In this document: positions 1 to 13,000 of the stretch, piece by piece
Numbering within the stretch: position 1 is the stretch's first letter
Layout of the letters: every line of letters begins with the position of its first letter
Assembly: GCA_032718475.1 (NCBI GenBank)
Contig: JAUCBJ010000128.1
Location: 9,514-73,513, forward strand
Source of the DNA: Nemertoderma westbladi
Taxonomy: Eukaryota > Animalia > Xenacoelomorpha
Length of the DNA: 64,000 nt
Direction of reading: 5' to 3'
Position numbers and translations under genes: made by a program
The notes under the pieces: model-generated
Told to the model about the DNA's origin: nothing
The model's database searches: none
Seen by the model: only the letters and a program-made list of their open reading frames with translations

Positions 1-244
1 TTATTCATATTTTCATTTTCATATTCAATTCATAGAATTGATTTAGCAGCAAACATTTAGCTAATTGAGCAGCAGCTTGATTTAGTGTTAACAATCTGGG
101 TTTTCATTCGGGAGGCTCCAGATTTGTTCCCTCGATGACGCATTTTTTTTTACTGTTTTGGCACAGGACTTTAAATGCTGCAGACTAGCTCTACCAAGGA
201 TTTCGTCCTTTGATGGTCGATAAATGAGAACCATGGTAACTTGG

Positions 245-873
245 AAAACAGAGTGGAAGGGTTTATTATGGAAGATCACAAATGGTGGAGAACAAGCATT
301 TCTTTTGCGCTTTAGGAAACATAGTGGAGGGGTTTACTATGGAACATCACCCACGGAGTGAACAGGCATTCCTTTAGTAAAGAGACTGGAAGGGTTTACT
401 GTGGAAGATCACCCATGGTGGTGAACAGGCATCCTTTAGGAACCAGAGTGGAAGGGTTTACTGTGGAAGATCACCCATGGTGGTGAACAGGCATCCTTTA
501 GGAACCAGAGTGGAGGGGTTTACTGTGGAAGATCACCCATGGTGGGGTACAGGCATTCCTTTAGGAAACATAGTGGAAGGGTTTACTGTGGAAGATTACC
601 CGTGGTTGTGAACAGGCATTCCTTTAGGAAACAGAGTGTAAGGGTTTACTGTGGAACATCACCCATGGTGGTGAACAGGCATTCCTTTAGAAAGCAGAGT
701 GTAAGGGTTTACTGTGGAAGATCCCCCATGGTGGTGAACAGGCATTCCTTTAGGAAACGGAGTGGAAGGGTTTACTGTGGAAGATCACCCATGGTGGTGA
801 ACATTCATTCCTTTAGGAAACAGAGTGGAAGGGTTTACTGTGGAAGATCACCCTTGACAGCGTACAGGCATTC
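245..873. repeat. Minisatellite, ~62-63 bp unit, about 10 copies
   Basis: Unit GGAAGATCACCCATGGTGGTGAACAGGCATTCCTTTAGGAAACAGAGTGGAAGGGTTTACTGT is repeated in tandem, and the first copies are degenerate. It explains the 21-aa periodic ORF 539..886. Confidence 0.95.
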
Positions 874-1067
874 ACTAGCCTACTAAGCCTAAATGTTACT
901 ATTTTAATCTATTCGATATATTTTAACGTATTTTTTGAAATAGACCGTTGTACTTACAGTATTATTCCTATTTTACCTATGCCAGTATACATGCAGTTTA
1001 ACTATTAGGCTCATTCCATGAAAAGGTCAACCTCCCCACTAATTTTGAAAAATGATATGTACTGTAG

Positions 1068-2321
1068 TGTACGCGCTTTTGAAGACCTTTAGCAGTTTAA
1101 CCTGCCAAAATTTATATGTCTTTTGGTTTATAAATAGACTTTAGAAGTTGACAAATATTTAATACCAATAAACACAACATTAGCAGAAGCCAGCCTAGTG
1201 CGCGTCCATTCACCCGCTGGATATACCCGGGAGACTGGATTCTGAGGGCTTAGATTATTATTGCAGTGTAAGCTTACTGTATTATTCGATTGATCGTTAA
1301 TAAATAATTTCTGACTAATATTATTCACTTTCGGGAAATATTAACAGTTCCTTTAGGACGTGGCGCTCTATCTAGGTAAACAGAGATATGACTTATACTA
1401 ATCACAACGGCAAGTCGGTAAGGCTTATGATTCACGTATGAGGCGCATTCTTTAGGAAATGCTTAGTTATCAGTCACAATCAGGCACACTACCGGTAACA
1501 CACAATACTGCTCACTAATTTGCCGACCGTCAATGAATTTTATCATATATAAAGCGAACAGCAACGGACTCATGTAGTGCTTATCAAATAGCATTAAATT
1601 CACTACAAACCACAACAATATAAGTCGCAATCGCTATATATAACCCGTCTCTCTAACCTGTAGTGTATCAAGAAAATTGGGAAATTTGGGTTCTTTATAG
1701 ATGTTCTCCAAATAATATTCAACCAACTGATACAAAATATGACAACAGTAAATAGCAGTATAATAATGTATGTTGAACAGATAATGTAAGACTGAAGTGA
1801 GATAAGATAACAGTTATACGCTCTATAATTTAAACCTACTAATGTTTCTTCTAAAGTATGAAAACGAGTTGACTCTAGAGCCGGTGTTCCTGGCCTAGAT
1901 AGAAACAACACAACAGTATCACGAAAAACAGTAAGACTGAACACTCCTAGCATGATCTGCCAAAATATCTCCACATCGACAGAAAAAATCGCTCTGATTG
2001 GCTGTTAAGCTAAAGAAAGAACCATGTGTCCAATGGCCGTTTCCATGTCAGCAACCAGCTGTTAGATGTCGTAAGCTGAATCATCAAGGCTAAGCTGTGC
2101 CAGGGTATTTGGTGCATTGCGGGTTTTTTGCCTTACCATGTCCGCCAAAGCACACATATAGAAGAATGACGTTTATGTCCGTTAAAACACCTATAACGGT
2201 ACCTTGCGGGCGAGGGGGATATATATATATAGTTAGAGAGCTTTTTAGAGTATTCCAGCGCCTGGGGGAAAACTGGATTGCAAAGCAAAAGGGCCAGTTA
2301 TATCCCACAGAAGCTTTTACA
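1068..2321 (-). repeat. 3' LTR of element A (1254 bp)
   Basis: Direct repeat of 24619-25870, differing by about 7 substitutions plus one AT-dinucleotide indel by eye. A short purine tract GGGAGCGG (2329-2322, minus strand) immediately precedes it. Confidence 0.97.
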
Positions 2322-2399
2322 CCGCTCCCAGAAAATGGGATTTGAGTCTATAAAATATACAAAATCACAGTTTCTAATATACGTAAATACTCTAAACAG

Positions 2400-3848
2400 T
2401 TAGTCTTTCTTACGCGGACGGCGTTTACGCAGTTTTTTAAAGCTAGCCAGAGTCTTTTTCTCTTTGGGGCGAGCCACTTTACAAGGAGGGCTATAACTCC
2501 TGGGTGAAGGGTGCAATATGATTGCATCAGAGGGTGTAGGATTATGGTCGGTGTATCCGCCAGACGAAGTACCGGGTTGATTGACATCAACGTCGGGGGA
2601 GAGGGGTCTAACGGCTTTGAGAGCTCGCTTTAAGACAGCCGCTCTTACGGGTCCTTTACGAGTGGTCTGAACGAGAGCCGTGGGTGGACCATAGGCAGTT
2701 CGAAACCTCTGGGGTTTAACGGTTCTTTCCAACTCGCGTTCGCGGGCTCGGTATTCGTAAGGCCGTCGATACACTTCCTGTAACTCGGGGTGTGAGTTAA
2801 CAAATAAGTCTCCATAGTCCGGATCCTGACGGATATAATTGATTAAGTTATAGGAATGAAGGTCGCTAGGATTAACACTCCTGAGAAATTTGCGTACGAA
2901 CTTGGTTGAAATACATTCTCCGACGCGCTTCAGTAGTTCGTAACTCGATATGCGTGATTTCTGTTCGACAGAAGCGAATAGATAAGGATGGAACGCATAA
3001 ACTCCTTCGTAAGCGCGTCCAGGATAATAGCGATGGCGCGAATCACAATGTAAATCAGCGTTCGCTTCCCAAGCTCTGATGTAACGTAGTGTGATCATTT
3101 CATCTACGCTTTCTAAATCGTGATTAAAAGGGCAATCGAAACTGGCGTGTCCCTTTAGCCGACAACGGTGACATTGAGTCATAAATTGAGGGCAAACCGC
3201 AAAAATGTGCAAGTTATTGAGTCTACAATACGCGCAATAAATTTCCATCGCCGGTTGTTCGTGGAAATAGAAACAGCGGATGTTTGTGTCCATGGGCGTA
3301 ACATGGTCTCTCGATGCGCATAACCGACAACGTTGCCGAGAAACATAGTTGGCATGGCGATAATCGTACGCAGTGAGACACTGTGGACCTTGATACCATT
3401 CTAGGAGGTAATCGTTGTCGTTGTTCCGGGCGCGATAGGCTGAATCTCCTCAGATTCTAGGCATATTGGTTCGTCTTCCCAGTCTGTTACGAATAGAATT
3501 TTCGTGATCTATTCTCGGTTTATCGTTACGACTCCGCTGGGTATGATATTTAAATCGAACCATTTCCCTTTCGGTGTCTACATCGTCCGTATCATGTAAA
3601 TCGATAGGATGGCCGGTAGTTAGGAAGTCCATATACGTACCATTATGATGCGTATAGCGAGTGGTGAATTTTCGATAGTCCAATTGACGCGTAAGTTGCT
3701 CTTGGGACATCGGCGGTTCGATATAACGACCATCGTCCTCCGTAATGGTTGGATCGGCTTCACCGCATATCAAGCTATCCACAAATGCTTGTAAAGGTAG
3801 AGTATATCGCTCCCTGATACCAAGATCATCTTCTATCAACTCCGTCAT
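2400..3848 (-). pseudogene. Accessory 3' ORF of element A (~482 codons, one in-frame TGA at 3450-3452): zinc-knuckle protein with a basic C-terminus
   Basis: ORFs 3450..3848 and 2400..3293 are in the same frame, and 3449-3294 is open (GDSAYRARNN...QRCRLCASRDHVTP). Motifs are CRLCASRDH, CAYCRLNNLHIFAVC and CHRCRLKGHASFDC (CX2CX4HX4C), and the C-terminus is KKLRKRRPRKKD. Confidence 0.7.
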
Positions 3849-5478
3849 ATCTGCTATCTGAGTTTATTAATATTGTAATGAGTTTATGTTTAGGCGAGCG
3901 GGCGTCGCTGCCTACCTCTCTTCGCCCCCGGACAGTGGGATTCTCAGCGCCGATGTACCGTCGTCGCGGTGTTTACGCCAACATGTAGCAACAGCAAGAC
4001 AACGATAACTGGCACAAGTCACTCCACTGTCCGTCCCAAAGGCTTGAATCCACTTTAGGTTCTTTCTATAGGAGAGTTGGGCTACTTTCACAATTGCGAC
4101 TAGCTACTGTAAACATACTTTAGCAGTAACATTCACCTATAAATGCACAAATTCCACACAACTGTCACCAATTGTACACATACAGGCCATTTGTCTGTTA
4201 GTCAGTGCCTTCCAGAATGTCACGTTATTACTGTGTATCTTTGGATACTAACAGTGTGCTATGTATTCTCTATGCTAGGCAATGGGACAAGCTTTCTATT
4301 GTTCTTTTAACTTGCTTCTAATTCTAGCGTGGGTGTTGCTATGGTGACATTATGGAATGCTAGCGGTAGAATTAGGGTAATTCTCATGCATACAGATCTG
4401 GGATGCTATTTAATAATAATTCTTTAATTGTCAATATCCTCTTTATGCATGATTTTATTAATTTTATCGGCTATTGACTATATGTTGGGGATTCTCGCAC
4501 TCTAATACACTCAATAGGATGAATCTCCGCTCCCATGATCTATTAATTAATGGAATTTTGGGAATGTTATAAATTGCACAAAATGACAATTTGTGAAATT
4601 CATTTAAAATATGAATTTAAATTTATTCCCGTGAATTTTATTATTTGATGTTAAAATTGACACAATTTTTATTCCAGAGCATGTCCGGGGATTGAGGATC
4701 CTTAATTCTATAAAATTGTCTTTTAAGAGTATCGGTAAGTGCTGCGATATCTTAATTGACTAGAAATTTTAAAGGATCTGAATTTTACAGATTTTAATAA
4801 ATATTAAATTAATATTTAAGATGGGCACCGATTTATTTCAGAACTTGACTGGAGACGTTAACCATTGATTCTAGAATTTGTCTTTCAAGTATATCGGTGG
4901 GTGCCGCGATATCTTAATCGACTAGAATTACAGATGGTCAAAAGGTTTAACAGATTTATTTGCATTTACGCTACTGTTAGAGGGACATCACGCTACTATA
5001 TGTATTATTTAATATAAGGTAGAAGAGCAATATCGCACGAAGCAATGTCAGTGTGAAGAGGCAAGTCGTTTCCAAGGTCTACCCAGAGCTTGGTTTAGCT
5101 GAGACACGAGGATCTGAACTTTGCATTCCTAATACTCTGCCTACCAATAATACTTAAATATAGTAGGAGCTTTATTGTACTTTAATAAGTACGAACATTT
5201 CATCTTACTGTAGTCACGTATTTATAATAGGATACGGACAGTAAGGAAAGAGAAAAATAATTATTTCTCGCCGTCGCACTAATTATATATTATAAGTAAT
5301 TACGTACGTAATAAACACTAATATATTGCACTAATCTACTAAATAATCACTAAAATAACATTCTACTAAATAAAATTAAAGAAAACGATTATAATAAAAT
5401 TACATAATAATACATACATAATATAAAATAATAAAATAAATATAAAATAATATAGTCACACACCCACTCCATATGTTA

Positions 5479-8400
5479 TTACGTTATGGAGTCCCTAGAT
5501 ATTTGTCGGATTAGGGAAGTGGTCGTAGGAAGAGTATCTTGCCTTCCATAGTTTCCGGACAGTTTTCGGTCTCTTTCCAGTAAACATAAACGACCAGCTG
5601 GGCGATTGAGTTGTTGTGTTACTTTCTCCGCTCCCTTGGCCTGTCTAATCTCCGCCGTAGTAAGATGAGGAGGCCATTCTTCTTCTTCTTTACTTAAGAA
5701 GTCGGATCCACCTAACCAGCCTGGAGTATCTATCAGTTCTTGAGGAGTTGCTCCTCTGGAAGCAATGTCGGCTGGATTAATCGTCCCAAGACAATGTCTC
5801 CATTGATCTACATTAGAGTTAATATCGTCATTATCTGAGGAGTATGGTGTTCCCTCAGTTGGGTCGTCCACATCACTGCTCTCCACTTCCCATTCCTTTA
5901 CTTGGTATACCTGTTGTTGAGGTAATCTCTCTTTGAGAGTTCTACGGGAAGGGCCAGTGAAGTACCAACCTACTCTAGTTCTTACCGCATAGGTTTGTAG
6001 TGGCTGCGGTTGAGCAGGCTGTTTCTCCAATGTCTCGAGCGCCTCATGCGCGTTTTGGCCGATGAGTATTTGCACTCCAGGATAATCTGTCTGGAATCGA
6101 GGTATCTTAAGCTGTTGGATGCTCTCGTCCTCGTCCCAGTTATAAGGTTCTACTTGGGTAGTAGCGAAGTTCTTTATAGCCACCATTTTTACTGACCTTA
6201 TACTTTGTGCTCCTAATTTATCCTGGGGGGTGGACAACGCACCTACATAGTAATCTGCCGTTATGGTAGATTTCCAAACCTGCATAATTCCGGACATATT
6301 CAACTTAGTTTGGAATTTGGGTTGTCCAGCAAAGATATCTTCGGCTAGTTCTTGATCGATGAATGTTCCTGTGCTGCCGGAGTCAAGGAGGGCGTTCACT
6401 ATGTAACTTTTGGTAGGACCGTGAACTCTTACCTGCACTACAGGAAATTCTCTGATTCCTACGTTGGAAGTTGGAGCTTTCCAAGATGGTTGTCTGTCAA
6501 AGGTAGTTGGGGGGAACTCATTGTCGGTGTCCCTTTCGTAAGTAAGTGCTCGATACACCGCGGTATTGATTAGGTAACAGGATTCGTTGGCGTCGGAGAA
6601 TTCGTCCGTATAGAATCCTTCCATCTCAGATTCTTGATCAGTGTCATTTACATCACTGAATTGGACATGTAGTTCGGGCTCACTTACCTGACTCGGGTTG
6701 TCTCGTTCGAACTCACTGTGTAACAAGATGTGATGTTTCGCGCCACACTTTGCACACTTTACGTCGGAGTAACAGGTTCGCCGTTGGTGTCCTGATCTGA
6801 GGCAATTATAGCATAACCGCTTATTCCACAGGACTGCACGTCTGTCTACAAGGGATTTCTTTAGAAATTCAGCACACGCACTCAAACGGTGGGGCCCGTC
6901 GCACAGCGCACATTTTGGTTTGATGTTACTCACTTTACCTTGGGTAACGTTATGCACTCTCGTTCTTTCTTCGGGCTTTCTTCCGTGAATTCTCTTAGGA
7001 GACGTAGGAGGAGTTGTTGTTACCTGTTCTCTCCTGTCACTGGTTCGAGACTTGTATTTACTTACGTCTTTATAGGTCTTGTTGTCATAGTAAGATTTTG
7101 CTGTGTCTTTCCCGCTGTCCTCTTCTTGAGAAGCTTGGCTTTCGCCGTCGTCAGTATAACACACTGGTATTATCCTTCTCCTAGAAACGGGTTTCTCACT
7201 TACCTTATTTTCCGATGTTTTCTCTCTGGACTGCTTTATGAGTTGTAATTTTACTTCACTATCTAAGAAGGACATGAGATCAGCCATGGTAGGGCTTCGT
7301 CGTTGCTGCTCATTCATATACAACACTTTCTTGTCCCAGCGTGTACATACTCCACCCTTTGGTAAAGTAGAGACTACTGCTCCAATAACCATGGAACTCT
7401 GATATTCATGAGACTTACCCAACCAGTCCAATTGTCTACAGATCTCCTGAATCTCATCGGAAAACTCTATAATCCCGCTACTAAGGAAGTTTCGGGGGGC
7501 TACTAATTTTGCATACAAATACTTAGCTATGTTATCCTTGTTACCATACCTGATGTTTAATGTATCCCAAACTTGTCTTAATCCTTCTGGATGTCCAATG
7601 AACTTTAACGCCATTAACTTGGGAGGTCCTTCCAAGCACTTGATGAGGAACCTAAGTTTCTCACTGTTAGATAGTACAGAGTTCTGTATGCTGTCTTTGT
7701 AATATTCATTGAAAGGTAACCATTTCATCACCATTGAATTTGACGATCTCTCCCACTTTGACCGCTTGGCGGGCTTCTGTTCTAGCCATCTGACGCGTAA
7801 AGCTTTCTTGGGCCATCGTGTTATTTAATATCGAATTATCGGTATATAAATTTCTCGGATCATTATCAGGTCTATAGGGAATATCATTAACAACAGGTTT
7901 ATAATCACCCTTAATAGGGTTTGCTATAGGAGTTTCTACTTCACTAGCAGTATAGATGCGTGTAGGCTCCACACCTTGCGCATGTAATACTTCAGACCTA
8001 ACAGGTTGACACAATGTTACAGGGGGTATTGGTATCGCTTTTTGTATATTGACTAATTTGTCGCGTTCTAGAGCGATACTTTGCTGCACTTCTTGCAATT
8101 CGGCCCTACCTTCCTTTACTGTTCCCTTAAGTTGGTGGACAGTCTCCTGCATCTGTCCGAGCAGGAGATTCATCCCCCGCCGTCCCTCCTCTACCCACTC
8201 GACCGCCGAAGCGGGAGTCGCCAACATTGTAGCGGGCTGACGCGGGACGACAGGAGACAAATCTTTGATTTCTCTCTCAGCTTCCAGGACAGGGATATTC
8301 TCATGGACTGTTCTACCGGGCACAGGCAGTGTAGTACTGTGTAAAGGGAATTTAGAGTTAAGCTCTGGAAGTACAGGGGTCTCTAGCACAGGAGTGACTT

Positions 8401-8813
8401 TGGGAACGACAGGCCTAATTATTTCAGGCTCATCAACTATAGTAGGGAGTTTTTTGACCTTAATAATTTGGTCTGTAGGTTCTATACTACTTAAGTCCGT
8501 GCTAGCTAGTTGTCTTCTAACAGCTGGGGGCAAATCAGGCAATTTGTGACGGTAAGATGTTTTTCTACGCCTGCTTAGACGAGATCTATTTCCTCCGCCT
8601 TCAGGATCGGTGGTTTCGCTTTCCTCCGATGATGTATATCCCTGGCGTTTGGGAGTAGATCTTCTCATCATCTGCATGTGACTAGCAGTTAACTGTTTAT
8701 TTATGTTGTCTTGCGTCTCTTGCAGATTTTCCAACTCTAGTTGGGTAGTCTCCTCAGACGCTCTCAGTTCTGCTTTTGCCACCGCTGCCTTTCTTTCTGC
8801 TTCTGCTGCTGCC
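5479..8813 (-). pseudogene. Element A gag-protease with an RNase H remnant (3' part)
   Basis: ORFs 7706..8782 and 5479..7734 are joined by a frameshift at the KFNGD..WLPF motif. CALC..H..C, CYNC..GH..C and CAKC..HH knuckles and ALLDSGS are present. After the protease the frame jumps straight to QWRHCLGTINPADIASRG, with no YxDD and no integrase. Confidence 0.9.
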
Positions 8814-9612
8814 TGTGCCGGATACTGATCACAATACGATGTATATTAGATAGGTTATACAGTATGTTTTAGCTCGTATAGGTCGTGCCACCGGAAGTGA
8901 CACGATGCCCGGGCTGATTCAGGCTTTGTGATAGCAGCTATCTGAGGATAGTAGAACAGGCTATCTATTGGCATTGCTTTTTTACCGCTCTGCTACATTT
9001 CCTGTTCAGTCAGTAGGTGAGCCTACCGACCGGTAGACTCACTGACAACTGTGCGACATTTATAGCTAGGCTTTGCCTTAGCTTACAGTCTTAAGCTAAG
9101 GGCCTATTTACCCGTAGGTCCGACAGACCGGCTTCTGTTTGCATAGTGCAGCAGTGGTTGGATGTGCTGTCAGGCTGTGTGTGTCTGACATTTTGTCAGA
9201 CACGAACTTTATCTGTGAGTTCGCTTGTAGAATATACCGTATGGTTTATGGTATATTTATATTTCTGTATTCGTGCCTTGTCAGTCATTATATTATACGA
9301 CCTGAGACCGCAGTAGTTTACATGAGTTTTTTCATATTAGATGGAGTCAGTAGCCTCAGCCTGACAGTCCCCGTAGCTAGCGCGTCTTTATCCATACTTC
9401 ACCCCTAGCAATTGCCATCCTTTACCGATCCGCCGATAGGACATTCAGACTCAGGGTCTGACTATTAGACTGCAGACCCCGCGTCTGAATGTTGGACTAT
9501 CGTTCCCAGTTATTGGGCCTCAGGATAGTCGGACCAAGCCGACTATCGGACTGTTGTATTTATTTATTGCCAGCGGTCGTTCTACTGTTCTAGTTAGCGG
9601 CCATCCGGCACA
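8814..9612 (+). repeat. 5' LTR of element B (799 bp)
   Basis: Ends TGTGCCGGAT...ATCCGGCACA (10-bp inverted termini). It differs from the 3' LTR by one substitution and a 7-bp duplication by eye. Confidence 0.98.
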
Positions 9613-9624
9613 GTAAAAAAGCAA
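9613..9624 (+). promoter_or_regulatory. Non-tRNA primer-binding site of B (GTAAAAAAGCAA), complementary to LTR 8974-8985
   Basis: Abuts the LTR end with no TGG. It is the exact 12-nt reverse complement of TTGCTTTTTTAC at 8974-8985. The priming function is inferred. Confidence 0.8.
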
Positions 9625-10084
9625 CCTTTACAGCTTTAAACAGTCATTAGACTGTCTGACTGTTAGACTGTTAACAAAAAAGCATCCTTTCTGCCTTTAA
9701 ACAGTCATTCTGTCATTAGGCTGTTAGTAAATAAAATAATTAGGGCCTAAGCATTAAAATACATTTCAGCATTTATATTTAGGCCTAAGTCTGTAAGTCT
9801 GAAAAAAGTGTATTTCTGTATTTTTACAAATAATTCCAGAATGTCAGGCTAAGCCTTTAGCCTTCTTCCGTCTTCAGCCTTAGTACTGAAGTACCGTAGT
9901 CAGCAGGTCAGGTAGTAACTTTTCTATTGCCCAGGCATATATCAGTAGCGCTGTAGCCTATATATTTGAAATTACCGGTAGGCCAACACTAAACTTTAAG
10001 TAGTACCGAGTTTTCGGTTGTTTAAATTAAATTGCCAAATTGTTTATTGTTTACTTGTTGCAATACCAGAATACCGGTACTAAA

Positions 10085-13000
10085 ATGTCAGCTCCAGGTG
10101 CCGAGAGCAGTAGTAGCACAAGTTCTGGGACAACAAACTCGGTGCTAGCGATGCAGCCACTTGATGAATCCCAGCCTCCTTCCCAAGGGGATATTGTCGG
10201 GTTGGATGGACTGGATATCCCTTCATTAAGATATAAACTACGTGCACATAAGGGTAAGTTTACCAAAATATATAGTGAATTTATGGAATGTCACCAACGA
10301 ATTACCGTAGAGCAGCGCAAAATACGGCTATTTACAGCCAAGCAAACATTGCATGATATTAATTGTATATGGTCAGCCTTACTTGTAAAATTTCAATTGC
10401 AAGGAAATGAGGACCAACATGCAATTTCGAAAGTGGAACGCGCAGAATATCATGAGATGCAGTGTGCCAAATTACGCGAAATATATAGCCATTTACAGGG
10501 ACCAATAATTCCTGTACCGGTATTAGGAGACACACCTAGTCCCGTTCATATCGATGAGACACCATATTATAATGATACAGTCGAACAAGTCAGTCAGGGT
10601 GATTCAAGTAGACAGGGACACACATTTACCGCGAGTACACCTGCCAATTTTAATGATATGGATACATTGGTGGACATATCAACAGGGGCAGGCGCAGGGG
10701 GCATTAGTGAAGAGACACCAGTTTGTCCCATTGCTGTAGACATTTCTGCAGCAGTGTATTCACTGAATAAAGGCCCATTGATACCTGATAGTGGTAGTGA
10801 ACCAGTTAAATCACCCATAGACGCTGGTGTCGTTTGTACTGAAATGGTGATGGGGTCTAGGGCTGTACCAAATGACATTACTGCCAGGAATGTTACTGGT
10901 AGTGATACTAGTTCACAAATCAAACCATCGGATTCGGTTTCACAACATAGTTCACAGCTTTCTGAGAAATCTAAATCATTAAGGGCTCTCAGGAGGCATC
11001 AAAGGGCTTTGCTTAAGACTAAACAAATGGAAAATAACCTACGTTTAGCTGAGGCGCTTGATAGTGAAGAAACGAAACTCAAAACGGCTCAACTAGAGGC
11101 AGAGGCAGTTGCTGCTGCAAATAAACGTTTAGTCGATCTCAAACTTGAGCAACAGCAATCTAGGGCTAAACGCCAACTTGCTGTCACTGAGTCTCATAAT
11201 GACCTAGAACGGGCTACATTAGAGGTCCTTTTGTCGACAGATGAACCTGAAGTTTTAGCTGCTTTAGAGGCAGGTTCAGATCCATCTAACTATAGATCAC
11301 CAATTATGGCTTTATTTAATAAGCCTAAAGTAGACACTAATCCTTGTATAGTCACATTTCAGCAAGATGGTGGTGAATTATCCTCTGTTGGTCCCATAAG
11401 ACAGGAGGACACCTACATGCCTATAAACCCTAGGCCTAGGCCACTATCTCCTATTGTTTCTATTCTACACAACCAACCATTTAATTCGACTCAAAATCGT
11501 AATGACATGTCAGTTGAAGTCGATATGCAGGATTCTAGTCCTGAATATAAATTGACTATGCCAACTGTGGACGAGGGAATGCAAACTGATACTCACTTTG
11601 TTATTACCCGTTCTACACAGGTTACACCTACTGAAATTGTCACTGCATTGCCCCCTGGCCCCATGACACGGTCTTTGGACAACAGGGATATCTCTGAATC
11701 CCAATATAGTGGCAGTCAACGATATCTTCACTATACACATACGAACAATGACGGTGATGATTATAGCCACACAAATATAGATAATGTAAATACATTTGTG
11801 CCCAGCTATAATCCAAGCACTACAATTTCAAATATAGCACAGCCATCACAAAAAACCCACAGAGTGGACCCAATAGTGACAACTGTTTCCCCCCAGGCCC
11901 AGATGTCCTCCCGCAGTTGGGCTGTACCTGATAAATTACTTGATAAATTGTCAGAGCCTATGTTTAACTCTTTATTGCAGGGCTCACAACCTATGCCTAT
12001 AAACCATTTAGGAGTAGGTGATGTGTTTAAGCCACCATATAAGGGTGGAATTAGAAGTGATACACCATCAAATGTACAAAAATTTTCTACACCTGAGAAT
12101 TTTTACCATTTCGATTGTTTGAAAGCAAACCCTGTGCTTAATTCGAGTCCAGGATTCCAGATACCTGTTCCTGGGGCACAAAATTCACCTGAATCGCCAA
12201 TTAACAATTGGCCCATACCTGAACCATTACAGAACCCTTTTCATGATCCAGGTCACCGTGTGGGGATGGGATCTACTCCTAATATCGAATCACAGATGTG
12301 TGAAGTCATGACACAGGTTATGAATGTTAGTGCCATGAGTGTAAAGGCTATTGAAAGGCTAAACACTAAGCTTTCATTGCCAAAAATGGAAGTGCCAAAA
12401 TTTAATGGAGAAGCTAGTGGCTATATAAATTTTGTAGCTAGTTTTATTTCTTATATTGAATCTCAAGAATTAAATGAAATGGAAAAATTCATGTGCTTAA
12501 CACAATATTTGGGCCCAATTCCCCTTGGTCTGGTTAAAGGGTTTTTAGGTTTGCCAGGTGGGTATAAAGCCGCTTGGGATGCCTTGCATGGAAGGTATGG
12601 CCATCCGAGTGTTATAGTTGAGAGAATTATAACAGAATTGACAGAAAAAGTTGATCTGAACTCTGGTTCAGAAACACAACGTAGGTTCAAATTGCAAAAT
12701 TATGCAGACAAGATCTCACAAATGGTTTTGGTTTTGCAATATTTTAAATCAGCGGATGAAATGAATTCATCTACCAATCTGCGAAGGGTTGCCGAGAACC
12801 TCGACATTCGAATGTATGAGCGGTGGAAACGCAAAGTTTATTATATTAGACAAAACCACAACCGTGAACCTAGATTAACTGAACTTGCAGAATATATAAA
12901 ATGTGAAGCACAGATTGTTAATGATCCTGTTTACGTTGATGTAGGTGGTGGCTACAGGCCAAACCAAACAGCTAATGTACCAGGGTCAAGTCAATCCAGT

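Noticed and set aside
245-873. CRISPR-like periodic array / 115-aa repeat protein
   Set aside because: Whole units repeat with no unique spacers, there are no cas genes, and the context is eukaryotic. The ORF is a by-product of the 63-bp period.
1128-2345. Small ORFs within the LTRs of A (duplicated at 24679-25525)
   Set aside because: They have non-ATG starts and no recognisable motifs, and are duplicated only because the LTRs are.
7706-7745. Programmed +1 frameshift at CC-TTT-YAA in gag of A (and at 43858-43866 in C)
   Set aside because: B and D are open through this motif. In A, loss of a 5-bp GTGAT repeat would restore normal G-x4-W spacing, and both copies carry other lesions, so decay is more parsimonious.
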